This document shows, piece by piece, positions 55,401-64,000 of a stretch of 64,000 bases of DNA (the stretch's first letter is position 1; each line of letters begins with the position of its first letter). The translations under genes were made by a program, and so were the position numbers. The stretch covers positions 20,012,282-20,076,281 of the forward strand of contig NC_068993.1 of assembly GCF_001194135.2 (NCBI RefSeq). Direction: 5' to 3'. The stretch comes from Octopus bimaculoides (Eukaryota). A model generated the notes under the pieces. The model was not told where the DNA came from and did not search any database. It saw only the letters and a list, made by a program, of their open reading frames with translations.

Positions 55401-58400
55401 AAGAAAATTAAAAAGTGAATAGCTGGCATTAGAAAAAAAGTTTCTAATAATCCCTGGTTAAGCACTTCTCTTTGGTGCATGATTCTTGAAGTTGTGATGT
55501 AGATGGTAAAGTTTTGGTTTTAGGTGCTTTACAGCTGCATTACATTTTCTAATTTAGAATTCAAACCAGAGCCATTTTTACCTATAAGATAGAAAATTAA
55601 CCAAAAGAATATATCAAGTCATCCCATAAGTTCTGTCCGATTTTACCTTGCTCCTTCAGACTACCATTTGTTTCGTAGTTTACAGAATCATTTGGGGGAC
55701 ATAACTTTCGCAAGCCAGTAGGAGGTCGAAACTGACATTTCAGAGTTCTTCGCTTTGAGACCAAAAGAGTTTTACATGGATGGGATTAAAAAGTTTGTAA
55801 ATAGATGGAAGGAAGTCATAGATAATCAGGGAAAGTACATTGATGATTAAATTTCAATCAAATATAACATTTGATCACTTGTTTTCTTTATTCAAAATTC
55901 GGACAGAACTTATAGGATGATCTGATAATATTGAACTATGAACTCTGAGGTATTAAGTCCAAATCCACTGCAGCTATTTTGTTGTAAATTTGAGCAAATT
56001 TAATTTTATATGGTTCAGTTCATTGACCTATAAAAAACCTATGATATATGATGAAAGTTTGCAAATACATTTGTCAATTTAGCCTCTACGGTTATCATTT
56101 CATCTTTTTATTTTCATCTTTATTTTTTTTTATAGATCTCTTAAGTGTTTCGAGCATCAAGTTCCTTTTACTTAACCCTGCTGTGGAATTTAAATGTATT
56201 GTGAATGAAGCTCGTGCTGTTGTCGTTGCTGGTGGAACAATGCAGCCTGTAAGTCTGAGAAAGTATTATGGTTATTATTATTATTATTATCCAATTGATT
56301 TGCATTTTGTTTCCTCTTCTGACTGGATCTCAATGAGAGACCTCATGCATGTATATATAAGAAGGTGGGCAGTTGATGTCAGCACAATTTTTCGAGCCTC
56401 AAAAGTTGTTGGTTTCTGTGGGTTCTGGTCAAAACATTTGTTGGTACCTTTCTTGTAGGGTACCCTCAACAACAGGGATGATTTTGTTTAGCCACATCCT
56501 AGATATCTTAATCACAAGATCCTTGTATTTTGACGGTTTTTCAAATTCCTTTGCTGTGATGTTGCTATCAGTAAGCACTGTCATATCAATTAACAGACAT
56601 GTTTTTTGTCTCACGTCTTTGATGACAGTGTCTGGCTTGTTATTATCTATTTGCTTATCTGTATATATTCCATAATCCCATAGGATGGTAACATTCTTTC
56701 CTTCGGTGACTAGCTCTGGATGATGTTCATACCAGTTTTTAGTGTGTGGGATATTATAGTAACATCACATGCTCCAGTATTAGCCAACTCGATCATTCTA
56801 TAGGGGCAAGGACTGATCAACTGGTAATAATGCGGTCAATACTCTCAAGTTTGTCATTGCAAAGTCTACCTCATTGTGTGTGACATTAGCTTGATAGTTC
56901 TGGGTGAGGAGACTTTGATCTTGTGCCACTAGGATAAATCCTTTTGTTTCAACTTTCAAACGAGTGCTCTGCAACCACTGATGAGTTCTTCTCATATCTA
57001 CATCAGCTTCCCCAGCTCATTTGGGGTATTGCCCATGCAGTGGATTTTCTCAGCATAACCTTCAAGCTTTCCTGTTTAGCTTTTGTTTTACACTTTTTTG
57101 CTGCCTTAGTGGGTAGTGTGTCCTCCTTATCATCATATTTAGAGAGGTTAAGCTCTCATCTGTATTTATATGCATCCTTTGAGATTGAGTATAATTTCTT
57201 ACCCTATTCATGTTGTCTTACTAGCTGTATCATCCAGTCAGTGTTACTTCGGATGTTCATTTGGAATCCTGTTGTGGTTGTTATATAGGACGCTTCAAGT
57301 TGGATTGGGCCACTTCTGCCTTCCTTCATGTGAGATAGAGCCTATGAATGTCTGATTTTGGTTGCTGTATCCTGTTTAGTGTCAGCAGTTACCTACTCTA
57401 TATGTATATACACATTGGTGTTCATTCAGATTCCAACTGATAGCATTAAAGCTATACTGGACAACTGGTACTGCCAGGGAGTTTATAGCTACAATTCCAT
57501 TCTGGAAGTTCAGTTCAGTATTCAGGACCATTCTGACACATCTATAATACTCTTTCCTGATCTTCTCTTTCATTGACCTCTGCTGAATTCCTTTCCCTTC
57601 CTTTACCCCAAGATACTTATAAAAGCCTTCTTGGTGCAAGTTCTTGATAGATGTATCATTATCAAGCTGGGTCATGGTATTAGCTGTCAGTTTACCACAC
57701 ACATATATAGAGTAAGGCACTCCACTTTATGTTGCTCCAGTCTACGTAACTGTAATATGTACCACTTGGATCCTGGTGCAATTTTCTCTCCCTCACGCGG
57801 GGCATATACTTGCTGTTCCACTGTTCAATTCATCAATGCTCCATGCAATAAAGTACTGCAACTTTACTATTTAACAGTCAAATGATGTGTCAAAAATATT
57901 TAATTTTCAAACATTGTTAAGGCATATAGTTAAGTTTCTTTCAGTTGTGATTTCTTAACCCCAGGCTAAAATATATAAGCATCTTTTACTGATATATTTT
58001 AATAGGCACTAAAATATGCCACAGGTTAAAAGAAAAAAATCTTTTTTTTTTTTATTTCAAGGTGAATGAATNNNNNNNNNNNNNNNNNNNNNNNNNNNNN
58101 NNNNNNNNNNNNNNNNNNNNNNNNNNNNNNNNNNNNNNNNNNNNNNNNNNNNNNNNNNNNNNNNNNNNNNNNNNNNNNNNNNNNNNNNNNNNNNNNNNNN
58201 NNNNNNNNNNNNNNNNNNNNNNNNNNNNNNNNNNNNNNNNNNNNNNNNNNTATATTTATATATTTGATCCTTTATATTGAACACTCAATATTTCATCTAC
58301 ATTCAATACTTTATTTCATGGTGCCATCCATTTTTATTTTATTTTATATTATATATTGTATATTATATTATATATTGTATATTCCATATTCTATACCCCA

Positions 58401-61400
58401 CATTAGTTCTGCAGGAATATAAATAAAACATAAAAAACAGACAGTGTTGGAACTCTTTTAAGCAAAATAATATATATATATATATATGTATGTATGTATT
58501 TGTTTATTTTATGTCTATTTTGCCACACTAACATGGGTTGGACAAGGCCAGGGGACTTATTTGGGGCTGGATTCCCTTCTTGTTACCAACCCTTGTTTTT
58601 CAAGTAAGAGATTTATTTTATTCCAGTTTCTTCAAGAGCACAGAGTGACTTTTCACGATGTCAGCAAGGAATGTAAACATCATATCATTGCTTTGCTCAG
58701 CTGATCACAAGAAACAATTGAAAACATCAAAATTTGCACACATATACCTGCACGTATACACATGCACACGAAAGGATTCTGTATCATTTCCATCTACTAA
58801 ATTCACTCTCAAGATATTAGTTGACATGAGGCTCTAGTACATGGCATCTGCTACTCTTTGGAATTGAACCTGAAACCTCATGTTTGCAAAGTTAACTTCT
58901 TGACCATCCAACCAATGAAAATAGGAAAAGCTATGATTCTGTGGATAAGAAATTTTAACTGATGTTTTCTATTGTAGCCGAAGGTTGACCAGTGAGTCAA
59001 ATTCAGTTAATGGAAACTTAAAGAAGCCCATCATTCATGTTTGTGTGTGTGTTTGTTTTGACATGTGTGTGCAGAGTATAAACGAGCTCCTTATTTATAA
59101 TTAATGCACATGGTGTAATTTGTTAACAATTTTCTGTGGAAGCATGTTGAGGCCATCAATTGTCCAATATACTTATGGAAATATTACCTTGCTTTGAAAC
59201 AGGTGAGGGTTAGTGACAGGAAAAGTATCTGGTTAAAAAATGTTTCCCTTAACTCTTTTGCTACCAACCCGGCTGAAACCGGCTCTGGCTCTGCTTACAA
59301 ATGTCTTGTTTTCATAAGTTTTGAATTATAAATTTCCACCAAACCTTGGTCACAATTTATGTTCCTAACACTAGCTAAATGATAACTAAGATATTTTACT
59401 AAATTCTTTGTTATATTTAAAGTAATTCAAAGAAACACAGAGCATCTCAAAATAAATACAGTAATGAAAGGGTTAAGGAATTGTCTCATTTATGCCAGTG
59501 ATGAAACATGAACATTAAAATGGTTGTGATGATACACATACATTCACTCATTTGTTTTTTATTGTTTCTTTTTTTTATACAGGGCATGTCATACCTGACA
59601 ATAATTTACTTACTATTGCTTTGGCTAATGGACCATCTGGACAAGAAATGGATTTTACATTTAAATCAAGGAACAATGTTCAAACGGTATATTATGAAGC
59701 ACTTTTATTCTGTGTTATAATAATAATAATGATTGTTAATTAATTAATCATGTTGCTGATTTATGCATGATGTGCTAATTGCTCCAGCCATACCAGCTGT
59801 GTCTATTTTGAATTTGATTTAAAAAGCATTTGTTATTCGGTTTTCCTTGTAAGCAGAGACATGAAGGACAGCAGACCCCTGAGGAATGAATGGCCAATCA
59901 GCTTTGAAACAGAATAATTTCATACATTTTTCTGTGCAATAGCATGATATATTTACATTTGTTTATTTTGCATCCAGCCATAAAAACCCTGCCAAAACAC
60001 AGTAGCCAGGGGTAGTCTTCTTCCTGGCAACCATCCTACACATGGATGCATGGAAGATGGATGTTAAATGATGCTGATGATGACAGGTGTTATAAACTGT
60101 AGGTTAACTGCATTAAACTAACCTTAAATTTCAATAATAATAATAATAATAATAAATAGATAGATAGATAGATAGACTGCTGAGTTTCCAGTCCTCTCTA
60201 TAAACTAAAAATGAATTAGACTGACATTTATTTTATTTTGAACCCAATGAAGACACACGAGATGTCGAAATATTGTTGTTGTTCAAAGGACCAATAAATA
60301 AGTTACTTTCGAGTTGCGCTTTCTGTCATTGAGTTGGCCGTAGTGATGGATTACGTCATTTATGTTTACCTTGGTGATGGAATTTGGCAATCGTATACAA
60401 AAGTTAAGAACTCATCTCTCTATATATTACATTTCTGCTGAGTTTCCAGTCCTCTCTATAAACTAATAATAATAATGGTCCTTTTGACTATAGGCACAAG
60501 GCCTCAAATTTTGTGGGAGTGGAGCTAGTCGATTACATTGGCCTCAGTGTGAAAGAGGTGCTTATTTTATCAACCCTGAAAGGATGAAAGGCGAAGCTGA
60601 CCTCGATGGAATTTCAACACAGAACTGTAAGACACACAAAACACAGCTAAGTATTTTGTCTGGTGTGTTAACAGCTCTGCTAGCTTGCTGCCTCCATAAT
60701 AATGATATTTATAGTGGTTTCAGATTTGGCACTAGGCCAGCAATTAGATGGATGGAGGAAGTCTATTACATTGACACCAGTGCTATACTGGTAATTAATT
60801 ATTTTATCAACCCACAAAAAAAAAAAATGAAAAGCAGTATCAATATTTGCAGGATTTGATCTCAAAATGTAAAGAGCTGAAAGAAATGCTACAAAGCACC
60901 ATCATTTAACATCTGTTTTCCATGCTGGCATGAGTTGGAAGTTTTGATAGGAGCTGGCATTGCCAAGAGCAACACCCAATTTCATAGTCTGTTTTGGCTT
61001 GGTTTCAACAGCTGGATGCCATTCCGAACACCAACCACTTTACACCATGCCCTGATTACTTTTTATGTGGAACCATAACCAGTGCTTTTTATGCGGCACA
61101 ATCACCAGTGCTTTTTACATGGCACCAGCACCACTGTATTTTACATGGCACCAGCACCAGTGCTTTTTATGTGATACCAGCACCAGTGCTTCTTACATGG
61201 CACCAGCACCAGTGCTTTTTACATGGCACCATCACCAGTGCTTTTACATGGCACCAGCACCAGTGCCTTTTACATGACACCAGCACCAGTGCTTTATTAC
61301 ATGGCACCATCACCAGTGCTATTTATGTGAAACCATCTCCAGTACTTTTTACTGTTTCGAATTTTGGCCCAAAGCCAGCAACTTTTGTGGGAGGGTATTG

Positions 61401-63525
61401 GTCAATTACATAAACCCAGTACTTGACTGATGCTTTGTTTTATCAATCTTGAAAGGTTGAATTCAAAGTTGACCTCAGAAGGATTTGAAGAAATAATGCT
61501 AAGCATTTTATGTCTGATGTGCTAACAGTTCTGCTTGCAATAACAATAGTCTTATCTTCTATAGGTATAAGGCCTGAAATTTTGAGAGAAGGGGCTAGTC
61601 AATTATATGGGCCCTACTGCTCAACTGATACATGTTTTATCAACCCTAAAGAGATGGAAGGTAAAGTAGGTCTCAGTGGAATTTGAACTCTTGTAAGAAT
61701 GACCGTGCGAACCCAAAAGGAGAAATGGTGACGAATGGAAAAACAGGGCTCCGTTTATTAAACGCGTCACACGGTCGAACACAAAATGATATCACATGAT
61801 ATATAAATATGTTATACTTCGATAACATAGTGAATTCGTAAATGGCCAGTAAGGAAGACGATAGAACACAACCGATAAAGATGAATAACAGTAATATTTA
61901 TTGTAGCATTAAAATGTATGTCTGTGTGTGAGTGTGAATGCGACATAATGAAAACACAATAAAAGACAGGCTGTCATGTAAAGAAAAGAGTGTGTGTAAG
62001 TGATACATGTATGTGTATGCGTGAGATATAGCAGATAGAAAAAGAGTCAGTAACACATATAAGAATTTGCCAGTTCTTAGAGTACACAATAGTAACAGTC
62101 TGTATGTAAGAAGTTGAGGCGTGTGGGGCAGTGCAATCACTCGTCGTGATGTTAGGGCTTCCATGCCAAGCCGGGTTCCTGTATACAGATGTTCGTCGCA
62201 GGCTAGGTTCTTGTCTGTTGTCTATCGTGGCGAAGGTGAATCACACAAACAGAGTTAGAAGTTCTGCGGTAGTTTTGGTTAGCTGGTGTATGTAGAAGTC
62301 AAGTTGACGCTGTCGGCGAGGACGATGCTGGTAGTCGTAGTGTCGTGTTGACTGGCGATGTCGGTGGCGAATCTTGCAGTTCGTCGTTGAAGTGGTTGTT
62401 GATGTCGTCGCTAGAACTGCTGCTGCTGTGTGGTACACGGAACAGGTCTCTAAGAGAACTGAACCGAGATGAATTAGCTGGGTATCTAGCAGGCTATTTA
62501 TAGCTGAAAGTAGGCTCCACAGAAGGCATTAGAAGAACACTATCACATGACCTTATTAGGGGCCACGGTTGGTCAGTTTGCGTTCTGGCAGGAACGGTAC
62601 GAAGCAGTTGCCGCTTCAAATAATAATCAGTCAGGTGATGACAGGGAAAGATGTTTTCTACTACGCTCGCGTGTTTGTATATTTATAGTGAGAGAAGGTG
62701 ATTTGTATATAATGGCGATCGAGGTGTTAGTTTCACTACACTCTGAACATAAAGAACTGAAAGAAAGTATTTCGTCTGTCCTAACCATTCCACCAGCTCA
62801 CTGCTTTCACTGATAATAATCATGGTTTCAGATTTTGGCAAAAGGCCAGTAATCTTAGAGGTGGCACTATGTTGATTACACCAACTCCAGTGCTCAGCTG
62901 GTATTATATTTTATCAATTCTGAAAAGACGAAAGGCAAAGTTGACCTTGATAAAATTTGATCTCAGAATGGGAAGAGCCAAAAGAAATGCTACTAAGCAT
63001 TTTCTCTAACATACTAACAATGCTGCTAGCCTGCCATCTTCAATAATAATAATGGTTTCAAATTTTGGCACTAGGTGAGCAATTTTTAGAGGAGAGAATT
63101 AGTCAGTTTCATTGATGATCTCAGTGCTCGAAAGGTACATATTTTATCAATCTGCTAAAGGCTGGCACGCTAATAATGTTGTTAGAATGCTGCCCTCAAT
63201 AATAATAATAATGATTTCAAAGTTTGGCAATGGGATTGAACCTAGAACTTTATGTTTGGGAAGCAAACTTCTTACCACACAGTCATACTTGTGCCTGTAT
63301 ATGTATATTTATATTTGTATTCTTCTGTTCTAATTCCCCGTTCTTTTATGTCTTTATTCTTATTTTAATTTTTAGCTTAACGAGCTTGGTCATGTTGTTG
63401 TTAATATGTGCAATGTAATTCCTTGTGGTATTGTCTGCTTCTTCCCATCGTATGATTTCGAAAACCATGTGTATTCCCACTGGACAACATCTGGAGTTCT
63501 GAAAAGAATATCAGCTAAGAAAAAG
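21874..63525 (+). CDS. DDX11: ATP-dependent DNA helicase DDX11/ChlR1 (XPD-family Fe-S helicase); 22 coding exons in window, gene continues rightwards
   Basis: Q motif [11 protein letters not shown], Walker [21 protein letters not shown], four Fe-S Cys (NMC 36542, DQC 36596, SCPF 37975, CPYY 38965), Walker B IIDEAHNL, motif III GGTMQP, motif IV VCFFPSY. All junctions are GT-AG and phase-consistent. Confidence 0.97.
22312..22442 (+). CDS. DDX11: DDX11 exon 2 (Q motif)
   Basis: atttcag|(D)[43 protein letters not shown]|gtgagt. Confidence 0.96.
23600..23983 (-). mobile_element. Hammerhead-containing composite retroelement
   Basis: 23891-23983 matches 17717-17798. Hammerhead at 23758-23802. 23606-23700 resembles the 10275/10636 repeats. 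Confidence 0.65.
23758..23802 (-). ncRNA. Minimal type I hammerhead ribozyme motif, core intact
   Basis: CGUACG-CUGAGGA-C GGG AAAAUA CCC A-GAAA-C UCGA GUC^CGUACG. Perfect 6-bp stem I, 3-bp stem II, palindromic UCGA loop III. Confidence 0.85.
24045..24154 (+). CDS. DDX11: DDX11 exon 3
   Basis: tttcag|[36 protein letters not shown]+GA|gtatgt. Confidence 0.93.
24343..24716 (+). mobile_element. tRNA-derived SINE family B with (CAA)n tail
   Basis: tggcctagtggttaaggcagcgg...ggtttcaattccc head; second copy at 31705-32079 (minus). Confidence 0.85.
26115..26146 (+). CDS. DDX11: DDX11 exon 4 (32-nt micro-exon)
   Basis: ttctacag|(E)[10 protein letters not shown]+G|gtttgt; needed to bridge phase 2 to phase 1. 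Confidence 0.75.
26297..26361 (+). CDS. DDX11: DDX11 exon 5
   Basis: ttacag|(E)[21 protein letters not shown]|gtacaa; conserved xDW motif. Confidence 0.88.
28559..28624 (+). CDS. DDX11: DDX11 exon 6
   Basis: ttctttag|[22 protein letters not shown]|gtaatt; phase 0/0. Confidence 0.8.
31312..31542 (+). CDS. DDX11: DDX11 exon 7 (acidic region)
   Basis: ttccttag|[14 protein letters not shown]...[12 protein letters not shown]...EEHIMK|gtaaac; 77 codons. Confidence 0.88.
31705..32079 (-). mobile_element. SINE family B copy with 11-bp TSD
   Basis: ctaatgttact at 31694-31704 and 32080-32090. Confidence 0.9.
32350..32960 (-). mobile_element. RTE LINE ORF2 fragment
   Basis: [40 protein letters not shown]. 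Confidence 0.7.
33319..33426 (+). CDS. DDX11: DDX11 exon 8
   Basis: tttccag|[36 protein letters not shown]|gtaaga. Confidence 0.96.
35993..36409 (+). mobile_element. tRNA-derived SINE family A, full length. Other copies 1-71(-), 27724-27920(-), 30820-31230(-), 32150-32350(-), 35575-35880(-), 40248-40725(+), 50941-51140(-)
   Basis: A-box TGGCTGTGTGG, B-box-like GGTTCAGTCCC, internal (TA)/(TG) microsatellite, 3' gactgaaacaagtaaaa. Confidence 0.9.
36536..36623 (+). CDS. DDX11: DDX11 exon 9 (two Fe-S Cys)
   Basis: tgttgcag|[29 protein letters not shown]+A|gtaaga. Confidence 0.95.
37480..37700 (+). mobile_element. DNA-transposase fragment, possibly Chapaev/CMC-like
   Basis: [20 protein letters not shown]...[13 protein letters not shown] resembles EAKxKEGIFVGPQIR...AWxSFxxVVxNFL; superfamily label uncertain. 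Confidence 0.45.
37928..38025 (+). CDS. DDX11: DDX11 exon 10
   Basis: cttccag|(S)[32 protein letters not shown]|gtaaga. Confidence 0.93.
38911..39006 (+). CDS. DDX11: DDX11 exon 11
   Basis: ctttgtag|[32 protein letters not shown]|gtaagt. Confidence 0.96.
41224..41376 (+). CDS. DDX11: DDX11 exon 12 (DEAH)
   Basis: tttag|[51 protein letters not shown]|gtaaga. Confidence 0.97.
42010..42630 (+). mobile_element. RTE-type LINE RT/thumb fragment
   Basis: [61 protein letters not shown]. Confidence 0.7.
42766..42892 (+). CDS. DDX11: DDX11 exon 13
   Basis: cattatag|[42 protein letters not shown]+G|gtttgt. Confidence 0.93.
43390..44430 (+). mobile_element. Decayed I-group (Ingi/Vingi-like) LINE fragment
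   Basis: PLLFNNYNN...FMYTDDL and [11 protein letters not shown] motifs; clade assignment from memory. Confidence 0.5.
45191..45401. mobile_element. hAT-type MITE
   Basis: CAGTG...CACTG termini; 8-bp TSD atatagac/atgtagac (7 of 8 match). Confidence 0.75.
45813..45857 (+). CDS. DDX11: DDX11 exon 14 (45 nt)
   Basis: ttttttcag|(G)[14 protein letters not shown]+G|gtgagt; phase 1/1. Confidence 0.75.
47321..47427 (+). CDS. DDX11: DDX11 exon 15
   Basis: ttttttccag|(E)[35 protein letters not shown]|gtaagt. Confidence 0.95.
48520..49250. promoter_or_regulatory. CpG-rich intronic island with two NRF1-like palindromes
   Basis: TGCGCATGCGCA at 48763-48774 and TGCGCATGCGTA at 48805-48816; CpG density far above the surrounding intron. 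Confidence 0.45.
49556..49601 (+). CDS. DDX11: DDX11 exon 16 (46 nt)
   Basis: tttatag|[15 protein letters not shown]+G|gtaaga. Confidence 0.88.
50568..51627. mobile_element. Foldback/MITE-like long palindrome with a SINE inserted in the left arm
   Basis: 50568-50935 plus 51141-51183 are the reverse complement of 51263-51627 (imperfect); ~80-nt loop. Confidence 0.85.
52286..52390 (+). CDS. DDX11: DDX11 exon 17
   Basis: ttctaatag|(V)[34 protein letters not shown]+G|gtaatg. Confidence 0.82.
52930..53270 (+). mobile_element. Decayed RTE ORF2 3' fragment
   Basis: LREKLSI... and ...RGTPKKIW remnants. Confidence 0.45.
53692..53929 (+). mobile_element. SINE family C with Nin/Deu-like central domain (copy 22836-23068 minus; many older copies)
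   Basis: gagttcaaattccaccgaggtcgactttgcttttcatcctttcgggatcgataaattaagtacca. Confidence 0.75.
54760..54885 (+). CDS. DDX11: DDX11 exon 18
   Basis: ttctaccaag|(V)[41 protein letters not shown]+A|gtaagt. Confidence 0.92.
55612..55927 (+). mobile_element. Internally deleted mariner transposon
   Basis: TA TSD, ~30-bp TIRs (tcaagtcatcccataagttctgtccga / ggacagaacttataggatgatctga), transposase C-terminus [16 protein letters not shown]...[15 protein letters not shown]. Confidence 0.9.
56136..56248 (+). CDS. DDX11: DDX11 exon 19
   Basis: tttttatag|(N)[37 protein letters not shown]|gtaagt. Confidence 0.96.
56400..57700 (-). mobile_element. R4/Dong-like non-LTR retrotransposon fragment (RT plus restriction-like endonuclease)
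   Basis: [26 protein letters not shown]; [28 protein letters not shown]; [28 protein letters not shown]. Confidence 0.7.
58062..58071 (+). CDS. DDX11: DDX11 exon 20, start only; remainder in N-gap 58072-58250
   Basis: Poly-T tract and ttcaag|GTG AAT GAA T (V-N-E-...) at the position where the VSxF... exon after GGTMQP is expected. Confidence 0.75.
59249..59476. mobile_element. piggyBac-type MITE, third family
   Basis: TTAA-CTCTTT ... AAAGGG-TTAA. Confidence 0.6.
59583..59686 (+). CDS. DDX11: DDX11 exon 21
   Basis: ttatacag|(G)[34 protein letters not shown]|gtatat. Confidence 0.95.
60177..60466 (+). mobile_element. 258-bp unit with 32-bp terminal direct repeat and degenerate hammerhead
   Basis: Identical ctgctgagtttccagtcctctctataaactaa at 60177-60208 and 60435-60466; flanked by (AAT)n on both sides. 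Confidence 0.6.
61060..61340 (+). repeat. ~20-23-bp minisatellite inside an RTE 3'-UTR variant
   Basis: About a dozen imperfect units of caccagtgctttttacatgg(caccag). Confidence 0.85.
61692..62740 (-). mobile_element. Solo LTR (1049 bp)
   Basis: TGTA...TACA termini, CTCT TSD (61688-91 and 62741-44), minus-strand TATAAATA ~62495-62502 and AATAAA 61754-61759; interrupts an older SINE. Confidence 0.8.
63376..63525 (+). CDS. DDX11: DDX11 exon 22
   Basis: tttttag|[50 protein letters not shown]|gtatta. Confidence 0.96.
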
Positions 63526-63958
63526 GTATTAATGAAATATGATAATAATATTTTCGTAAAAATTATTATCCTCAAAACATTGTGTAATTTCTGTCTGATT
63601 TATCTTCACCTTTCCCATAATGCATGGCTTCAAATTTCAATTATTTGTTATAATAAAGTTCTGCTCACTGACTGTAGTAACACAGGAGGTTCAATGCTTC
63701 TATTGCTGGTGTGCTCTGCCTTGTCATTAATCAGAACCATATGTACTTGTCTTCAACCATCATCATCAACAGCAGCAGCAGTACCTTCATCTTCATTGTG
63801 GCAATTTCTACTTTTCCATGCTTGCATGGGTTGGATAGAGTTTATTGTGGTAGATTTTCTGTAACTAGATGCTCTTCCTGTCCAAGCCATACCAATATGG
63901 AAAACAAATGTTAAATGATGACATATACATGTAAATATACAATATATGTTTGCTTGTC

Positions 63959-64000
<42 letters not shown>

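Noticed and set aside
59878-59915. ctgagga...gaaac
   Set aside because: No pairing for stems I, II or III.

Overview
AT-rich, repeat-dense eukaryotic genomic DNA with several N-gaps. The repeat families suggest a mollusc, most likely Octopus (inference). Two multi-exon genes lie head-to-head. SDAD1/SDA1 (60S export factor) is on the minus strand: ATG at 19525, 7 coding exons down to 2287, continuing off the left edge or into gaps. DDX11/ChlR1 (Fe-S DEAH helicase) is on the plus strand: ATG at 21874 or 21883, 22 coding exons to 63525, one of them truncated by an N-gap, and the gene continues off the right edge. I built all exons by hand from GT-AG sites and phase continuity. Introns contain tRNA-derived SINEs, RTE/CR1/Vingi/R4-like LINE fragments, piggyBac/hAT/mariner-type MITEs, a solo LTR and a ~900-bp foldback. 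The most notable observation is four type-I hammerhead ribozyme (HHR) motifs in small non-coding retroelements. Two keep a complete catalytic core (10442-10492 and 23758-23802, both minus). One sits in a tRNA-headed SINE split by an RTE insertion. One degenerate copy lies in a 258-bp unit with 32-bp terminal redundancy. Two element boundaries coincide with predicted self-cleavage sites, which suggests a retrozyme or Penelope-dependent circular-RNA system. No folding or database searches were run.
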